58,666 nucleotides of DNA from a virus. The DNA lies in UHGV virus genome UHGV-1373577. The stretch is one strand, 5' to 3'. The position numbers and the translations under genes were made by a program. The notes under the pieces were generated by a model, which had not been told where the DNA came from, made no database searches, and saw nothing but the letters and a program-made list of their open reading frames with translations. Positions 9,662 to 20,500 of this stretch are shown here, piece by piece. How positions within the stretch are numbered: the stretch's first letter is position 1; the number at the start of each line of letters is the position of its first letter.

Positions 9662-11089
9662 GTGGGCGTCATCCGGTGGCTGGAGCGGTTCGGGACCGAT
9701 GGGCGTGTCGAAGCGGCCATGGAATCCGCCGCCCGGGCGTTCTCCGACACGGCTGACGCCCTGACCCGGGCGTCCTTCATGAAGGAGGACGTCGGCTGGT
9801 ACGACCCCTCCGGACGCGCATCCGACCTCGTGCCCCTGAGTGTCATCAAGGAGCACTCCATCCGCTCACGGCGCCTGGCCACCTACAACACCATCGTCAA
9901 GCGCGGCATCAACATCCGCAACGCCTACATGTGGACGGACGTGCCCGAACCCCGCAAGATCGCCAAGCGGGCCAAGGAGAGGCTTGAGGCGACTCTCCTG
10001 GGCCGCGAGGCCAGGGTGCGCGACGAAGCCGCCTTCAACACCGACGGCATGGTCATCTACCGGGTGTCGCCCGGAGGGAACGTGGCGCCCGTGCCCATCA
10101 CCCGCGTGCAGGGCATCGCCCGGGCTGAGGACGCCCTCGAAGAGGCCGACATCCACGCCCTGCTCATCACCCCCGTACCCCTGGAGGACCCCTCGCGGGC
10201 CACCCTCCCCGACCCCGAGTGGGTCATCCTCGACGGCAAGCCTCGCGTCGACGTCGTCGACCAGGGCGGCTACAAGACCAACAAGACCGACGTGCTCGTT
10301 GTGGCTTGCGTCAACCGTCTCGCCGGGGAGCAGTGGGGCAAGCCCGACCTCATGGGCGCCGTCTACTGGGCGCAGGCCTACAAGGAGTACCTGGAGGCCG
10401 GCCACGTCCTGGCCAAGGCGCTCGCCCGCGTCGCCTTCAAGGTCAAGTCCACCACCACCGCCCAGCAGCAGGCGGTCATCGACAAGATGTCCACCCTCCA
10501 GGGCACCGGGGCCACCGCCTCGCTCGGCGCCGACCAGGACCTCCTGGCCGTGTCGAAGGCCGGGGCCGGGATCGAGTTCTCCGCCGGAACGCCCCTGGCC
10601 GCCATGGTCGCCGCCGCCCTCGACGTGCCCCTGTCCGTCCTGCTCACCGACGGATCCGCCGGCGGACGCCAGGGCGCCGAGACCGCCCTGGAGGAGCCCA
10701 CGTTCAAGGCCCTGGAGCTTCGGCGTCAGGTGCACAAGGACCTCGTTCGGAGGGTGCTGCGGGCCGCCGGGTTCAAGACCGAGGTGGACCTGGCACCCCT
10801 GTCGAATGACCTCATCCAGCGCTGGGGCCAGGTCGTCACGCTCGGCCTTCAGAACGGCATCCTGCACCGCGTCGAGGCCCGCGAGCTGTTCCTGCGCCGC
10901 TTCGCCCCCGTGAACGCCAAGCCGGTGTCGGCCCTACCCGACTGGGAGGACCTGTCCGCCCCGCAGCCGCAGCTCGGCTCGGGAGAGGAAGAGGACCAGG
11001 GCAAAGAGGACGGCAACACAGGGGTCGGGCCCCTTTCCGACGGGACGAACTCCTCTCGCGACGGCGAGGGCAAGACGACCAACGCCTGA
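9662..11089 (+). CDS. Portal protein.
   Basis: 475-aa ORF after terminase. GTG start with RBS agaggagggg. Acidic C-terminus typical of portals. Confidence 0.65.
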   Translation: MGVIRWLERFGTDGRVEAAMESAARAFSDTADALTRASFMKEDVGWYDPSGRASDLVPLSVIKEHSIRSRRLATYNTIVKRGINIRNAYMWTDVPEPRKIAKRAKERLEATLLGREARVRDEAAFNTDGMVIYRVSPGGNVAPVPITRVQGIARAEDALEEADIHALLITPVPLEDPSRATLPDPEWVILDGKPRVDVVDQGGYKTNKTDVLVVACVNRLAGEQWGKPDLMGAVYWAQAYKEYLEAGHVLAKALARVAFKVKSTTTAQQQAVIDKMSTLQGTGATASLGADQDLLAVSKAGAGIEFSAGTPLAAMVAAALDVPLSVLLTDGSAGGRQGAETALEEPTFKALELRRQVHKDLVRRVLRAAGFKTEVDLAPLSNDLIQRWGQVVTLGLQNGILHRVEARELFLRRFAPVNAKPVSALPDWEDLSAPQPQLGSGEEEDQGKEDGNTGVGPLSDGTNSSRDGEGKTTNA

Positions 11090-11127
11090 TGCAAGGCGCT
11101 GTATATTAGTTCACCGGGAGGACAAAC

Positions 11128-12066
11128 ATGACGCGAACCTACTTCCGCCTCAACCAGGGCAGCGCCCTGCTGGAGGCCAAGAAGCCGGGCGAGAAGGACG
11201 ACGGCGCCGGACGGTACCGCATCCGCATCATCGCGCCCGGACGCGGATCCACCGGCATGTACACCGCCCCCAACCTCGCCGAATCCGCGCCCCTGTTCAC
11301 GCCCGGCACCCACATGTTCTTCGACCACCAGACGATGACCGAGGACTGGGAGCGCCCCGAACGCAGCGTCCGCGACCTCGCCGGAGTCTTCGAATCCGGG
11401 GCCGAGATCATGCCCGACGGGTCACTGGAGGCCGACATCAAGGTCTACCCCTCCGTCAACGGAATCATCCGTGAACGGTGGGCCGACATCGGCGTGTCGA
11501 TCAACGGCTGGTCCGTTGAGGAAATAGGGCCCGACGGCGTCGTACCCGTCCTCGCCGGGATCCAGTCCGTCGACTTCGTCACCAGGGCCGGGGCCAAGGG
11601 CGCCGTCCTGGAGGTCCTGGAGTCCGACGGCCGCTGGCGCGTCAAGAACCCCCCTACCCCTTCCAACCCCACCAACACCAATGTTCAGGAGGAACAGGCC
11701 GTGAAGCCGGAGGATATCTGCAAGGCGGTGTCGGAGGCTATGGCGGCCGCCATGCCCGCTGCCATCAAGGAGGCCGCGGCCCTGCTCGCTGCGGACCAGG
11801 AGAAGAAGGTCGCCGAGGCCAAGAAGAATGAGGCGCCCGCCGTCGACCCCTACGAGGCCGCCGCCAAGGTCGCCGAGGCCAACGACCTGCCCAAGGAGGC
11901 CCGGGCCCGCGTCATGGAGGCAGTCAAGAGGGGCGCCGGTGTCGACGACGCCATCGAGGCCGAGCGCGCCTACATCAAGGCCATCGCCCCCGCGCCCGTC
12001 GTCCGCGAGGACGCCGCGGCCAAGACCGGCGGCGACGACGTCCAGGTCACCTCCTGGGCCAAGTGA
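11128..12066 (+). CDS. Capsid maturation protease / scaffold-like fusion.
   Basis: Position between portal and capsid. C-terminal Ala/Glu/Lys-rich helical region (AAKVAEANDLPKEARARVMEAVKRGAGVDDAIEAERAYIKAI). Confidence 0.5.
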   Translation: MTRTYFRLNQGSALLEAKKPGEKDDGAGRYRIRIIAPGRGSTGMYTAPNLAESAPLFTPGTHMFFDHQTMTEDWERPERSVRDLAGVFESGAEIMPDGSLEADIKVYPSVNGIIRERWADIGVSINGWSVEEIGPDGVVPVLAGIQSVDFVTRAGAKGAVLEVLESDGRWRVKNPPTPSNPTNTNVQEEQAVKPEDICKAVSEAMAAAMPAAIKEAAALLAADQEKKVAEAKKNEAPAVDPYEAAAKVAEANDLPKEARARVMEAVKRGAGVDDAIEAERAYIKAIAPAPVVREDAAAKTGGDDVQVTSWAK

Positions 12067-12086
12067 GCGAAGGAGGACGCGAATCA

Positions 12087-12583
12087 TGATCGGCATCAAC
12101 GAGTTCGGCGCCAAGAAGATCTCCGACATCCAGGTCTTCGAGTACACCGACACCCTCTCCCTGCCCGTCAGCAAGACCGACTACGGCCACAGCCACATCG
12201 GCGACATCGTCAAGGTCGGCAGCATCGTCGGCCTCCTCGTCACCGAGATCGCCGCCACCCCCGAGGAGATCAAGAAGGCCGTCAAGGCCGTCGAGGACGC
12301 GGGCGGCACCTACATCCCCGCCACCAAGCCCACCGGCGGCTTCAACGCCCCCGGCTACGCCTCCGTGCGCATCAAGGGCGGCGTGTTCAAGATGAGCGTC
12401 AAGCACTCCGGCGCCGTCAAGGTCGGCTCCCCCGTCTACGCCGACAAGCTCACCGACGGGCGCCACGCCATCACCACGACCAAGGCGGCCGACGGCTTCC
12501 AGGTCGGATACCTGTACAACGCCCTGCCCGCGCAGGGGGCGGAGCACGTCGTGCCCGTCATCTTCGACCCGACCGCCCGCTGA
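12087..12583 (+). CDS. Head protein (scaffold or decoration candidate).
   Basis: 165-aa ORF with RBS gaaggagga, between protease and major capsid. Confidence 0.4.
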
Positions 12584-12608
12584 CCGCGGACCGGGAAAGG
12601 AGTAACCC

Positions 12609-13826
12609 ATGATTCAGGGCAGGATCTGCGAGAACCGCAACGAGTTCGCCCACCACCTCGACCTCGCCCTCAAGGGCGTGCCCTCCTCGCAGGGCGTCGT
12701 CAAGGAGACCGTCATGATGACCCTCGGCCTGGCGCCCAGGGTCACCGAGGCCGTCACCTCCGACATGGTCGCAGGCTGGTTCACCTCCGTCGCCCAGGGC
12801 GCATTCGAGAGCCAGTACGCCGAGCAGACCACCACGTGGGAGAAGTTCGCCTCCACCGAGGCGCTGCCCTCCTTCCGCCCCACCCAGCTCTACGAGCTCG
12901 ACCACGACATCGACGCCACGCTCCTGCGCGACAACGGCGGCGAGGTCGTCGTCCCCCAGACGATGCCGCGCATCCCCGAGCTCACCCCCTACCCGACGTT
13001 CGGGTACCGGGCCTCGGGGCGCTGGGTGGAGGTGCACAAGGAGGGTGTGCGCCTCCAGATGTCCTGGGAGGCGTTCATCAACGACAACTGGAACATCATC
13101 GGCCGCTTCCCCAAGGACGCCGCGTTCCTGGCCTCCCGGACTGTCGACGCCGCCGTCTACGGCGCTCTGTTCTCCCTGGACGCCGCCGCGCCCGGCTTCA
13201 ACACGAACATCATCGCCGAGTCCAACGCCACGGTCCTCCAGGCCCGCACCGCCGACGGCGCCTACGTCCTGCGCGACGTGCCGAAGAACTCGCCGCTGAC
13301 CTTCGAGGCCCTGTGCGCCGCCATCTGGCAGGTGCGCCACACCAAGGTCAACGGCCGGTACATCCAGGTGCCCAAGTTCGTCCTGCTCGTGCCCCCGACT
13401 CTCAAGCCGATGGCCGACATGGTCACCTCCATGACGTCCATCGAGCACAAGGAGAAGGACGCGGCCGGGGCGACGTCGAACAAGACGATCCTGTCGACCA
13501 CGCCGACAGCGGGCGTGGAGGTCGTCGAGTCCGACATGGTCGGCCTGCTCGGCGGGCCCACCCAGGGCGACACCAACTGGATCCTGGCCCCGGCCGGTGG
13601 CCGCACTGCTTCGCGGCGCACCATCCTGCGCACCACGCTGATGGGCATGGAGGGCGTCGAGCTGCGGGCGGCGGCCAACCAGGGCACTTCTCTGGGCGGT
13701 GGGGCGCTTAGTGCCACCGCAGGCTCGTTCGACAACGACGACATCCAGTTCCGCGCCCGCATGGTCACCGGCGGCGCCGTCCTGCACACGGACGGCATCG
13801 TCGCCTCGACCGGCCAGGGCCACTGA
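12609..13826 (+). CDS. Major capsid protein (HK97-like).
   Basis: 405-aa ORF with RBS gaaaggag. Position and size. Followed by head-tail connector genes. Confidence 0.7.
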   Translation: MIQGRICENRNEFAHHLDLALKGVPSSQGVVKETVMMTLGLAPRVTEAVTSDMVAGWFTSVAQGAFESQYAEQTTTWEKFASTEALPSFRPTQLYELDHDIDATLLRDNGGEVVVPQTMPRIPELTPYPTFGYRASGRWVEVHKEGVRLQMSWEAFINDNWNIIGRFPKDAAFLASRTVDAAVYGALFSLDAAAPGFNTNIIAESNATVLQARTADGAYVLRDVPKNSPLTFEALCAAIWQVRHTKVNGRYIQVPKFVLLVPPTLKPMADMVTSMTSIEHKEKDAAGATSNKTILSTTPTAGVEVVESDMVGLLGGPTQGDTNWILAPAGGRTASRRTILRTTLMGMEGVELRAAANQGTSLGGGALSATAGSFDNDDIQFRARMVTGGAVLHTDGIVASTGQGH

Positions 13827-13884
13827 TAGACGCCCCGCCCCCGGGTTGCAGGCAGAGGCCCGGGGGCGGGGTTCTCCATAGGGG

Positions 13885-14280
13885 TTGAAGGAGGAAAAGA
13901 TGCCTGTGGCGTTCAACACAAATGTGGGTAGGGTAAGGCTCCTTATCCCCGACATCGAAGAGCGCTCCGACCCCCGCGACCTGCGCCAGCCCCCCACACT
14001 CCTGTTCACCGACGAACAGATCCAGGCCTTCCTCGACATCAACAACGGCAACATCAAGCGCGCCGCCGCCGACGCCGTCCGCGTCATCGCCACCACGCAG
14101 TCCCTCCTGCTCAAGGTTCTGTCCACCGACGACAAGTCCACCGACGGGGCCAAGCTCGGCGCCGAACTGCGCGCCCAGTCCAAGCGCCTCATGGACGAGG
14201 CCGACTCCGACGACAAGCGCGACATCGGCTTCGACATCGCCGAATGGACCCCCCAGCCCCGGGACTACGCATGGCACTGA
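13885..14280 (+). CDS. Head-tail connector protein.
   Basis: 131-aa ORF with RBS gaaggagga in the structural operon. Confidence 0.5.
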   Translation: MKEEKMPVAFNTNVGRVRLLIPDIEERSDPRDLRQPPTLLFTDEQIQAFLDINNGNIKRAAADAVRVIATTQSLLLKVLSTDDKSTDGAKLGAELRAQSKRLMDEADSDDKRDIGFDIAEWTPQPRDYAWH

Positions 14281-14780
14281 GCTCACTCGCCTTCAAGGAC
14301 CCCCACTTCGACTCCGCCGCCTACGACTTCCTGTCGCTGCTGTGCAACAGCCTCGTCGCCATCTACCCCCCGGCCGTCGGCAACGGCGAAGGCGAGGAGG
14401 ACACCTGGGTGCCCGGAACCGGTGTCGTCAAGAAGAAGGTCGACCCCATCTGGCGCGGCTGGGCCGCCATCACACCCAACAAGGACTGGCGCGCCCGCAA
14501 CAGGAGGCAGTCCTACGAGGACACCGCCACCCACGCCTACCGCGTCCAGCTGTGGCACATCGACAAGAACCTCCTCGTTCCTGCGGAATCGTGGGGGGAC
14601 CGGACCAAGCGGATCCGACTCGACTTCAACCAGCGCCTGCGTGTCGAGAGGCACGACACCGACCCCCAGCTGGAGGGGATGGCCATGGTCATCCGCAACC
14701 CCGTCACCGACTCCGACTGGTGGCAGCCCACCCTCCTGTGCGACGTGTCCGTCAACGACCTGCGGGGTGAGGGCTGGTGA
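14268..14780 (+). CDS. Head-tail joining protein.
   Basis: ATG overlaps the upstream stop. Structural operon position. Confidence 0.4.
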   Translation, partial: RMALSSLAFKDPHFDSAAYDFLSLLCNSLVAIYPPAVGNGEGEEDTWVPGTGVVKKKVDPIWRGWAAITPNKDWRARNRRQSYEDTATHAYRVQLWHIDKNLLVPAESWGDRTKRIRLDFNQRLRVERHDTDPQLEGMAMVIRNPVTDSDWWQPTLLCDVSVNDLRGEGW

Positions 14781-15226
14781 GCAGCACCAACGAGGGCAAC
14801 CTCGTCACCATCAGGCAGACCGGCGTCAAGGACATCCGCCGGGCCCTGCGCGGCCTGGAGGAGCGCGCCCTGGAGCGGGCCCTGGCCGAGGTCCGCCGGG
14901 CCGTCGACCAGGCCGCCGCCCAGGGCGTCAAGACCATCCAGTACGTCATCGACACCTCCGGCGCCGGAATGCCCTACAAGCACGACAAGAGCACCGACGC
15001 CCGCGTGCACACCGGCGCCATGCGCGAATCCGTCGGCGTGCGCTGGGAGCGCGACGACAGCAACGGCGTCACCGTGTTCATCGGCTTCATCAACACCCCC
15101 TCCTACACCGTCTTCCAGGAGGAGGGCACCCGCAAGCTGCGCGCCATGCAGGCCCTCGCCAAGGCGCGCGCCATGGCTGAGGACGACCTCGACAGCATTG
15201 CACTCACCCACGGGGTGCTGAAGTGA
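14777..15226 (+). CDS. Head-tail connector / tail completion protein.
   Basis: Overlapping start and stop (GGTGA). Structural operon position. Confidence 0.45.
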   Translation: MSSTNEGNLVTIRQTGVKDIRRALRGLEERALERALAEVRRAVDQAAAQGVKTIQYVIDTSGAGMPYKHDKSTDARVHTGAMRESVGVRWERDDSNGVTVFIGFINTPSYTVFQEEGTRKLRAMQALAKARAMAEDDLDSIALTHGVLK

Positions 15227-15630
15227 ACGTCTACGAAGTCGACCAGGCGCTCATGGCGCACCTGAAGGGGATCCCCGGCCTGGAGGTCGTCGAGGACGCC
15301 GTGCCCGGCGGGGCGAAGAGCCGTGACGTCTACGCCGTCTTCTTCGGCGGCGACCTCACCCCCCGCGCCAAGGCGGTGTCGATGGCTTCGCCGAGGTACT
15401 CGGCCATGATGCACACCTTCGCCGTCCTCGTCGCAGCCCGCACCGCCTCCGTCCGCAACTCCGTGCGCGAGGAGGTCCGCAACCGGCTTGTCGGCTGGAG
15501 CGCCCCCGGTGTCGGACAGGTCCGCGAGACCGGCCAGCTCAATTCCTACGGCGACACCGACGCCACCATCCAGCCGCTCAAATATGCTTGCTACATGACG
15601 TTCCAGACCATGATCAGCGAGGCCGTCTGA
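15223..15630 (+). CDS. Tail completion protein.
   Basis: 135-aa ORF translationally coupled on both sides. Confidence 0.45.
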   Translation: MNVYEVDQALMAHLKGIPGLEVVEDAVPGGAKSRDVYAVFFGGDLTPRAKAVSMASPRYSAMMHTFAVLVAARTASVRNSVREEVRNRLVGWSAPGVGQVRETGQLNSYGDTDATIQPLKYACYMTFQTMISEAV

Positions 15631-15839
15631 TGCCCCGCTACCAGACCCCCGAGGGGATCGTCGTGGAACTGGACGAAGGCTACGCGCAGACGCTGCCCTC
15701 TCTGTTCGAGCCTGTTCCACCGGACACCCCCGTCTCGCCGCGAGAGTGCTGCGGGGGAACCGGGTGGATCGTGAACGGCCGGGTGGTCCATCCCGGCGAC
15801 CCTGTCGACTCCAAGGAGGAGAACAACCATGGCAGCTAG
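15630..15839 (+). CDS. Small structural-operon protein with CCGG motif.
   Basis: ATGA overlap with the upstream stop. 69 aa. Confidence 0.3.
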   Translation: MPRYQTPEGIVVELDEGYAQTLPSLFEPVPPDTPVSPRECCGGTGWIVNGRVVHPGDPVDSKEENNHGS

Positions 15840-16374
15840 CGCCGGAACCAAGATGATGCCCGGCAACATCACCGTCTGGTGGGTGCCCATCGAGAAGGCC
15901 TCCAGCCCGACCGAGGTCCTCAAGGCCGCCACCCTCAAGGACCCCGCCGTCATCAACCTCTCGTGCGCCATCGTCACCGGCTTCACCCTCAACGCCACCG
16001 ACTCCGAGACGGACTCCACGGCGTCGATCTGCGACACCGCGGGCGTGTCGACCCCGACCCGCGACGCCTACGAGGCCAACCTGACCTTCTTCCGCCAGGA
16101 CCTGGCCGCCGCCGACGCCGCGAGCTCCGTTTTCACCAAGGCGTACGAGGCGTTCAAGAAGGGCGGCGCCAAGGCCAACAAGCGGGGATGGCTCGTCAAG
16201 CGGGTCGGCTACCCGGTCGACACCGAGCCCGCCAAGGACCAGGAGGTCTCCATCTTCCTGGTCATGCCCGACAACCCGCAGGACGTGTCCTCGGACGCCA
16301 CCACCCCCATCCAGTTCACTGTGCCCTTCCTGCCGCAGGGCACCATGATCCTCAACGAGAAGCTCACCGAGTGA
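15829..16374 (+). CDS. Major tail protein.
   Basis: 181-aa ORF immediately upstream of the chaperone pair and tape measure. RBS aggagaacaacc. Confidence 0.55.
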   Translation: MAASAGTKMMPGNITVWWVPIEKASSPTEVLKAATLKDPAVINLSCAIVTGFTLNATDSETDSTASICDTAGVSTPTRDAYEANLTFFRQDLAAADAASSVFTKAYEAFKKGGAKANKRGWLVKRVGYPVDTEPAKDQEVSIFLVMPDNPQDVSSDATTPIQFTVPFLPQGTMILNEKLTE

Positions 16375-16449
16375 TCGTCTGACGGATACACTTGACCCGG
16401 GTTCGAAAGAGCCCGGGTTTTGTGTTGAGACGAGAAGGAGCCCGCTGCC

Positions 16450-17076
16450 ATGGCCGAAGAGAAGAAGAACGAGGACGAGGGCTTCGACCTCGAAGCCGCC
16501 CTCGACGGGGTGCGCCAGGCCACCAAGACCGTCAAGATCTACCTCGACGCCACCGCCGCCGACGAGGCCTTCCGGCTCAACGGCGCCCTCCTGGAGGCCC
16601 GCGCCGACGCCAAGGACGGTGTCGAGCAGGTCCTGTCGATCGCCGAGGAGGCCCCCACCGTCCGCCTGGAGCGCGAGCTCAAGGAGGCCATCGCCGCCCT
16701 CGATGAGCATGCCATGACCTTCCACCTGCGGGCGCTGGCGTCCAAGGAGATGGACGTCATCCGCAATGTCGTCGTCAACAAGGTCAAGGCCCCCCGCAAC
16801 CAGAACGAGGAGGCCGCGGGCGAGTTCCGCCGGGAGCGGCAGGGCGTGCTCAACGAGTACTTCCTGTCGCACTCCGTCACCGCCGTCGAGTACCGCGGCA
16901 AGAAGCGCAAGGGGCTCAGCCTCGACGACGCTCGGAAGCTGCACGAGACCCTGCCCGCCACAGAGTGGGACCGCCTCACCGAAACCTTCCTGGAGGCCCA
17001 GGCCGCCCTCGACGCCATGCGGCAGGTGATGGCCGACCCCACGTTTCGTTGGGCCGTGTCTGACGACGCCGAGTAA
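16450..17076 (+). CDS. Tail assembly chaperone (G-like).
   Basis: Acidic helical 208-aa protein directly upstream of the tape measure. Confidence 0.55.
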   Translation: MAEEKKNEDEGFDLEAALDGVRQATKTVKIYLDATAADEAFRLNGALLEARADAKDGVEQVLSIAEEAPTVRLERELKEAIAALDEHAMTFHLRALASKEMDVIRNVVVNKVKAPRNQNEEAAGEFRRERQGVLNEYFLSHSVTAVEYRGKKRKGLSLDDARKLHETLPATEWDRLTETFLEAQAALDAMRQVMADPTFRWAVSDDAE

Positions 17077-17527
17077 TCAGCAGTTCCTGCTGGCGATCTC
17101 CACCGCCGTCGACAACCACCTGCCCCCCACCCTGTACCTCGGCGGTTGGGGCGCGTACGGGCGCACCGTGCCCCGGTGGGATGAGATAGCCGGTGGCTTC
17201 GTGCCCGAGTATCTGCCCCAGGATTACCGCACTCCGCTCGATATCGCCCTGGAGCTCGGCTACGCCTTCTACAAGCAGTCGGTCTGCTCCAAGTGCGGGG
17301 TGCCCGCCTGGTACGGTCGTTCCACCGACGGGCGCATCGACTTCGAAACCGAGGACATGGTCTGCTACGCCTGCCAGCACCTGGAGCAGGAGGAGAACCA
17401 GGAAGGCAAGAAGGGCGGCCGTAAGCCCGGCGTCACCAAGATCGTGCGCCCAGTGGGGCTGAAGTACGAGGCGATCGGACGCCAGGACCCCCTGCCGCCG
17501 CCGTGGGAGGCGATGCGGGGCTTGTAG
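17030..17527 (+). CDS. Frameshift extension of the tail assembly chaperone (G-T-like). Reached by a +1/-2 shift; contains a Cys4 zinc-ribbon-like motif.
   Basis: The +1 frame is open from 17030 (after a TGA at 17027-17029) to 17527. It overlaps the last 47 nt of the chaperone. The -1 frame hits a stop at 17061. CSKCG...CYACQ motif. Confidence 0.35.
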   Translation, partial: WPTPRFVGPCLTTPSNQQFLLAISTAVDNHLPPTLYLGGWGAYGRTVPRWDEIAGGFVPEYLPQDYRTPLDIALELGYAFYKQSVCSKCGVPAWYGRSTDGRIDFETEDMVCYACQHLEQEENQEGKKGGRKPGVTKIVRPVGLKYEAIGRQDPLPPPWEAMRGL

Positions 17528-17566
17528 AATGTTTCGCGGGTGAACGAACTGATCTAAGGAGCAGCC

Positions 17567-20500
17567 ATGGCCGGTGTCGACGACCTCGGATTCAAGATCA
17601 GCGTCGACGCCTCCGGCGCCACCAAGGGCGCCAACGAGTTCACGGCCGCCGCCGGGCGCATCGCCGAAGCCACCCGCGCCATGGCCCGGGCCACCCAGGG
17701 CGCCAAGGCCGCCGTCCTCCAGAACGCCGTCTCCGGGCGCGGTGGTGCGGAGTACCGCACCATGATGAAGCAGATCGAGGCCTACAAGGGCCTCATCAAG
17801 GTTACCCGCGAACTGGCCGCCGCCCGCAAGGAGCTCGACGGCGTCGACTTCTCCAAGACTGCCCAGAACATCTCCGAGGCCGTCAAGGCCATGGCCAAGG
17901 CCACCAGGACCACCGACTACATCGGCAGCCCCCAGCTGGACAAGGTCAAGTCGCAGATCGACTTGTACGCGCGCCTGGCCAACGTGTCCCGGGACCTCGC
18001 CCGTGCCAACAAGGAGCTCCAGTCCTCCCTGATCAAGACCAACCAGGCCGTGGCGGCGCAGCCCAAGCAGAAGACGGAACTCGACGAGGCCGCCAAGAGG
18101 GAGGCCCTCAGCGCGTTCCGGGGGAAGATGTACCGGGCCCGCGTCAGACAGGCCGACCCCACCGCCTCCGGGGCCGAAGTAGCCGAAGGAGTGCGAGCCG
18201 AGACCCAGGCCTACAAGGAGCTCGTCGACGCCATCGGCAAGGCCGAAGCCGCCGAGGAGAAGCGCGCCACCGTCGCGGGCATCAACCAGGACCTCGCCCG
18301 CGCCCGCCGCCAGGAGGCCGACGAAACCCGGCGCCTGGCCGAGGCCGAACGGGAGGCCGCCGAGATCTCCGGGCGCTCCTCCGTCTTCCGGGCCACCCAG
18401 ATCGCCGACATCAACTCCGCCATCGACGCCAACAACAGGTACATCGGCGCCCTGGAATCCACCCGCTTCGCCGCCCAGGACCTGCGCAACTACCTGACGC
18501 TGCTCGCCGCCGGGTTCACCTCCCTGTCCGTCGCCTTCGTGGCCGCCGCGGCCTCGCAGGAGCGCGCGTTCGCCGACGTCGCCCGCACCACCCAGCTGTC
18601 CGCGCAGTCCGCCGAGATGCGGGCCCTGTCGAACACCTACCGGGACCTGTCCACGCAGATCTCCACCACCTACGAGGATCTGTCGCAGATCGGCTCGCTG
18701 GGCGCCCAGATGGGCATCAGCGCCGACAAGCTCGGCGACTTCACCCACGCCGTCGCCGGGTTCACCACCATCACCGGCACCAACATCGACAGCGCCACCG
18801 AAGCCTTCGGCCGGTTCTTCGAGATGGTGGACAACGCCGGTGTCGAAGCCGACCACAGCGGCCAGAGGTACATGAACTTCGCCTCGCAGGTCGCCGAGCT
18901 CGGGGCCAAGTCCGTGGCCACCGAGTCCGAGATCCTCACCATGGCCAACTCGATCGCCGCCTCCGCCGCGAGCGCGGGGATCGGCCAGGACGCCATCCTC
19001 GCCTACGCCACCGCCCTGTCCAGCCTCGGCATCAAGCAGGAGTGGGCTCGCGGCTCCCTCCAGCGCATCTTCGGGTCCATCAACGACGCCGTCGCCGAAG
19101 CCGGTGAGGGCATGAACAAGTTCGCCACCGTCCTCGGAATGACCACCGAGGAGGCGGAGAACCTGTGGCGCACCGACCCCTCCACGTTCTTCAACAACCT
19201 GCTCACCTCCCTCAACAACGTCACCGACAGTGTTGAGCGCTGGACCATCATCAAGAACCTGGGCTTCAAGAACACCCGCGACATCCAGCTGCTCCAGCGC
19301 TTGTCGTTGAACATCGACCTCGTCAACGAGTCGTTCAAGAACTCCGCCGACGCCGCCCGCAACACCGAGTTCCTCGACAGCAGCCTGGAGACCCTCAACG
19401 CCACCCTCACCGAAACCATCGCCCGGTGGAAGAACTCCCTGGCCAACCTGGGCGCCTCGCTCGGCGGCCCCTTCCTCGGCGTCGTCAAGAAGATCCTCGA
19501 CGGCCTCATCGTCATCCAGGACGCCCTGTCGCACATAGGCGACAACGCCTTCGGCCGCGTCTTCCTGGCCGCCTCCTCCGGCCTGGTCGTCTTCGGCTCG
19601 CTCGTCGCCATCTCCAAGGTCCTCCAGGCCCTCGTCCTCAACGTCGCCGCCTCCTACGTGTCGATGAGGACGAACATGATGCAGGCGGGACTGTCGGGGC
19701 AGATGACCTGGTCGAACATCTACAAGCTCATCAAGCAGGCCAACATGGCCCTGTACGAGAACATCGGCCTGATGAAGACGCGCACCGCCCTGGAGCGCTC
19801 CGACCAGGCCGCCACCTCGCTCGGGGGCCTGGCCGCCGCGGGCGCGGCTGCGAAGAAGAACGCCGACGCCGCCAAGGATGCCGCTAAGGGCATCGCGGAA
19901 GTCGGGACGGCCGCCGCCTCCAGCGCCGCGCAGACCGGCCTGCTCGCCAAGGCCATGGGCGGTCTCAAGGGCGTCATGAGCGGGATCGCCTCCATCGGCC
20001 CCATGGGGTGGATCGGCATCGCCGCCACCGCCATCCCCGTCGTCATCCAGCTCTACGACGAGTGGGCCAACTCCGCCAAGCGCGCCGCCGAAGCCGCCCA
20101 GCAGGCCCGTGTCGAGAACCTCCAGGCCCTGGGCGGGGGAGAGGCCCTCACCAAGGCGCTCATCCAGGACGCCAAGGAGGCCGCCGACGGAACCCAGCAG
20201 ACCTTCGGCGCCCTCGAACTGGCCGTCGACGGGTCCGCCACCTCCACCAAGGACAGCGCCGACGCCCTCTACTACTGGATCGACGCCTCCGGCAATCTCG
20301 TCCAGGCCACCAAGGACCAGGCCGCCGCCATGGGCTACTCCACCCTGGCGATCGGCGACCACACCGCCGCGCTCATCAAGGACGCCATCGCCTCCTCCGA
20401 CGCCTTCAAGTCCCTGTCGGCCAACGACTTCAAGACGCTCACCGACCAGGGCTTCGACTGGAAGGAGTGGTCGCGCCAGTACGCCACCGGCGGGCAGGAC

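Noticed and set aside
17168-17527. Independent 119-aa gene starting at GTG 17168.
   Set aside because: Not excluded, but the same frame is open back to 17030, overlapping the chaperone 3' end. This is the classic G-T frameshift geometry, so it is reported as a frameshift extension with stated uncertainty.
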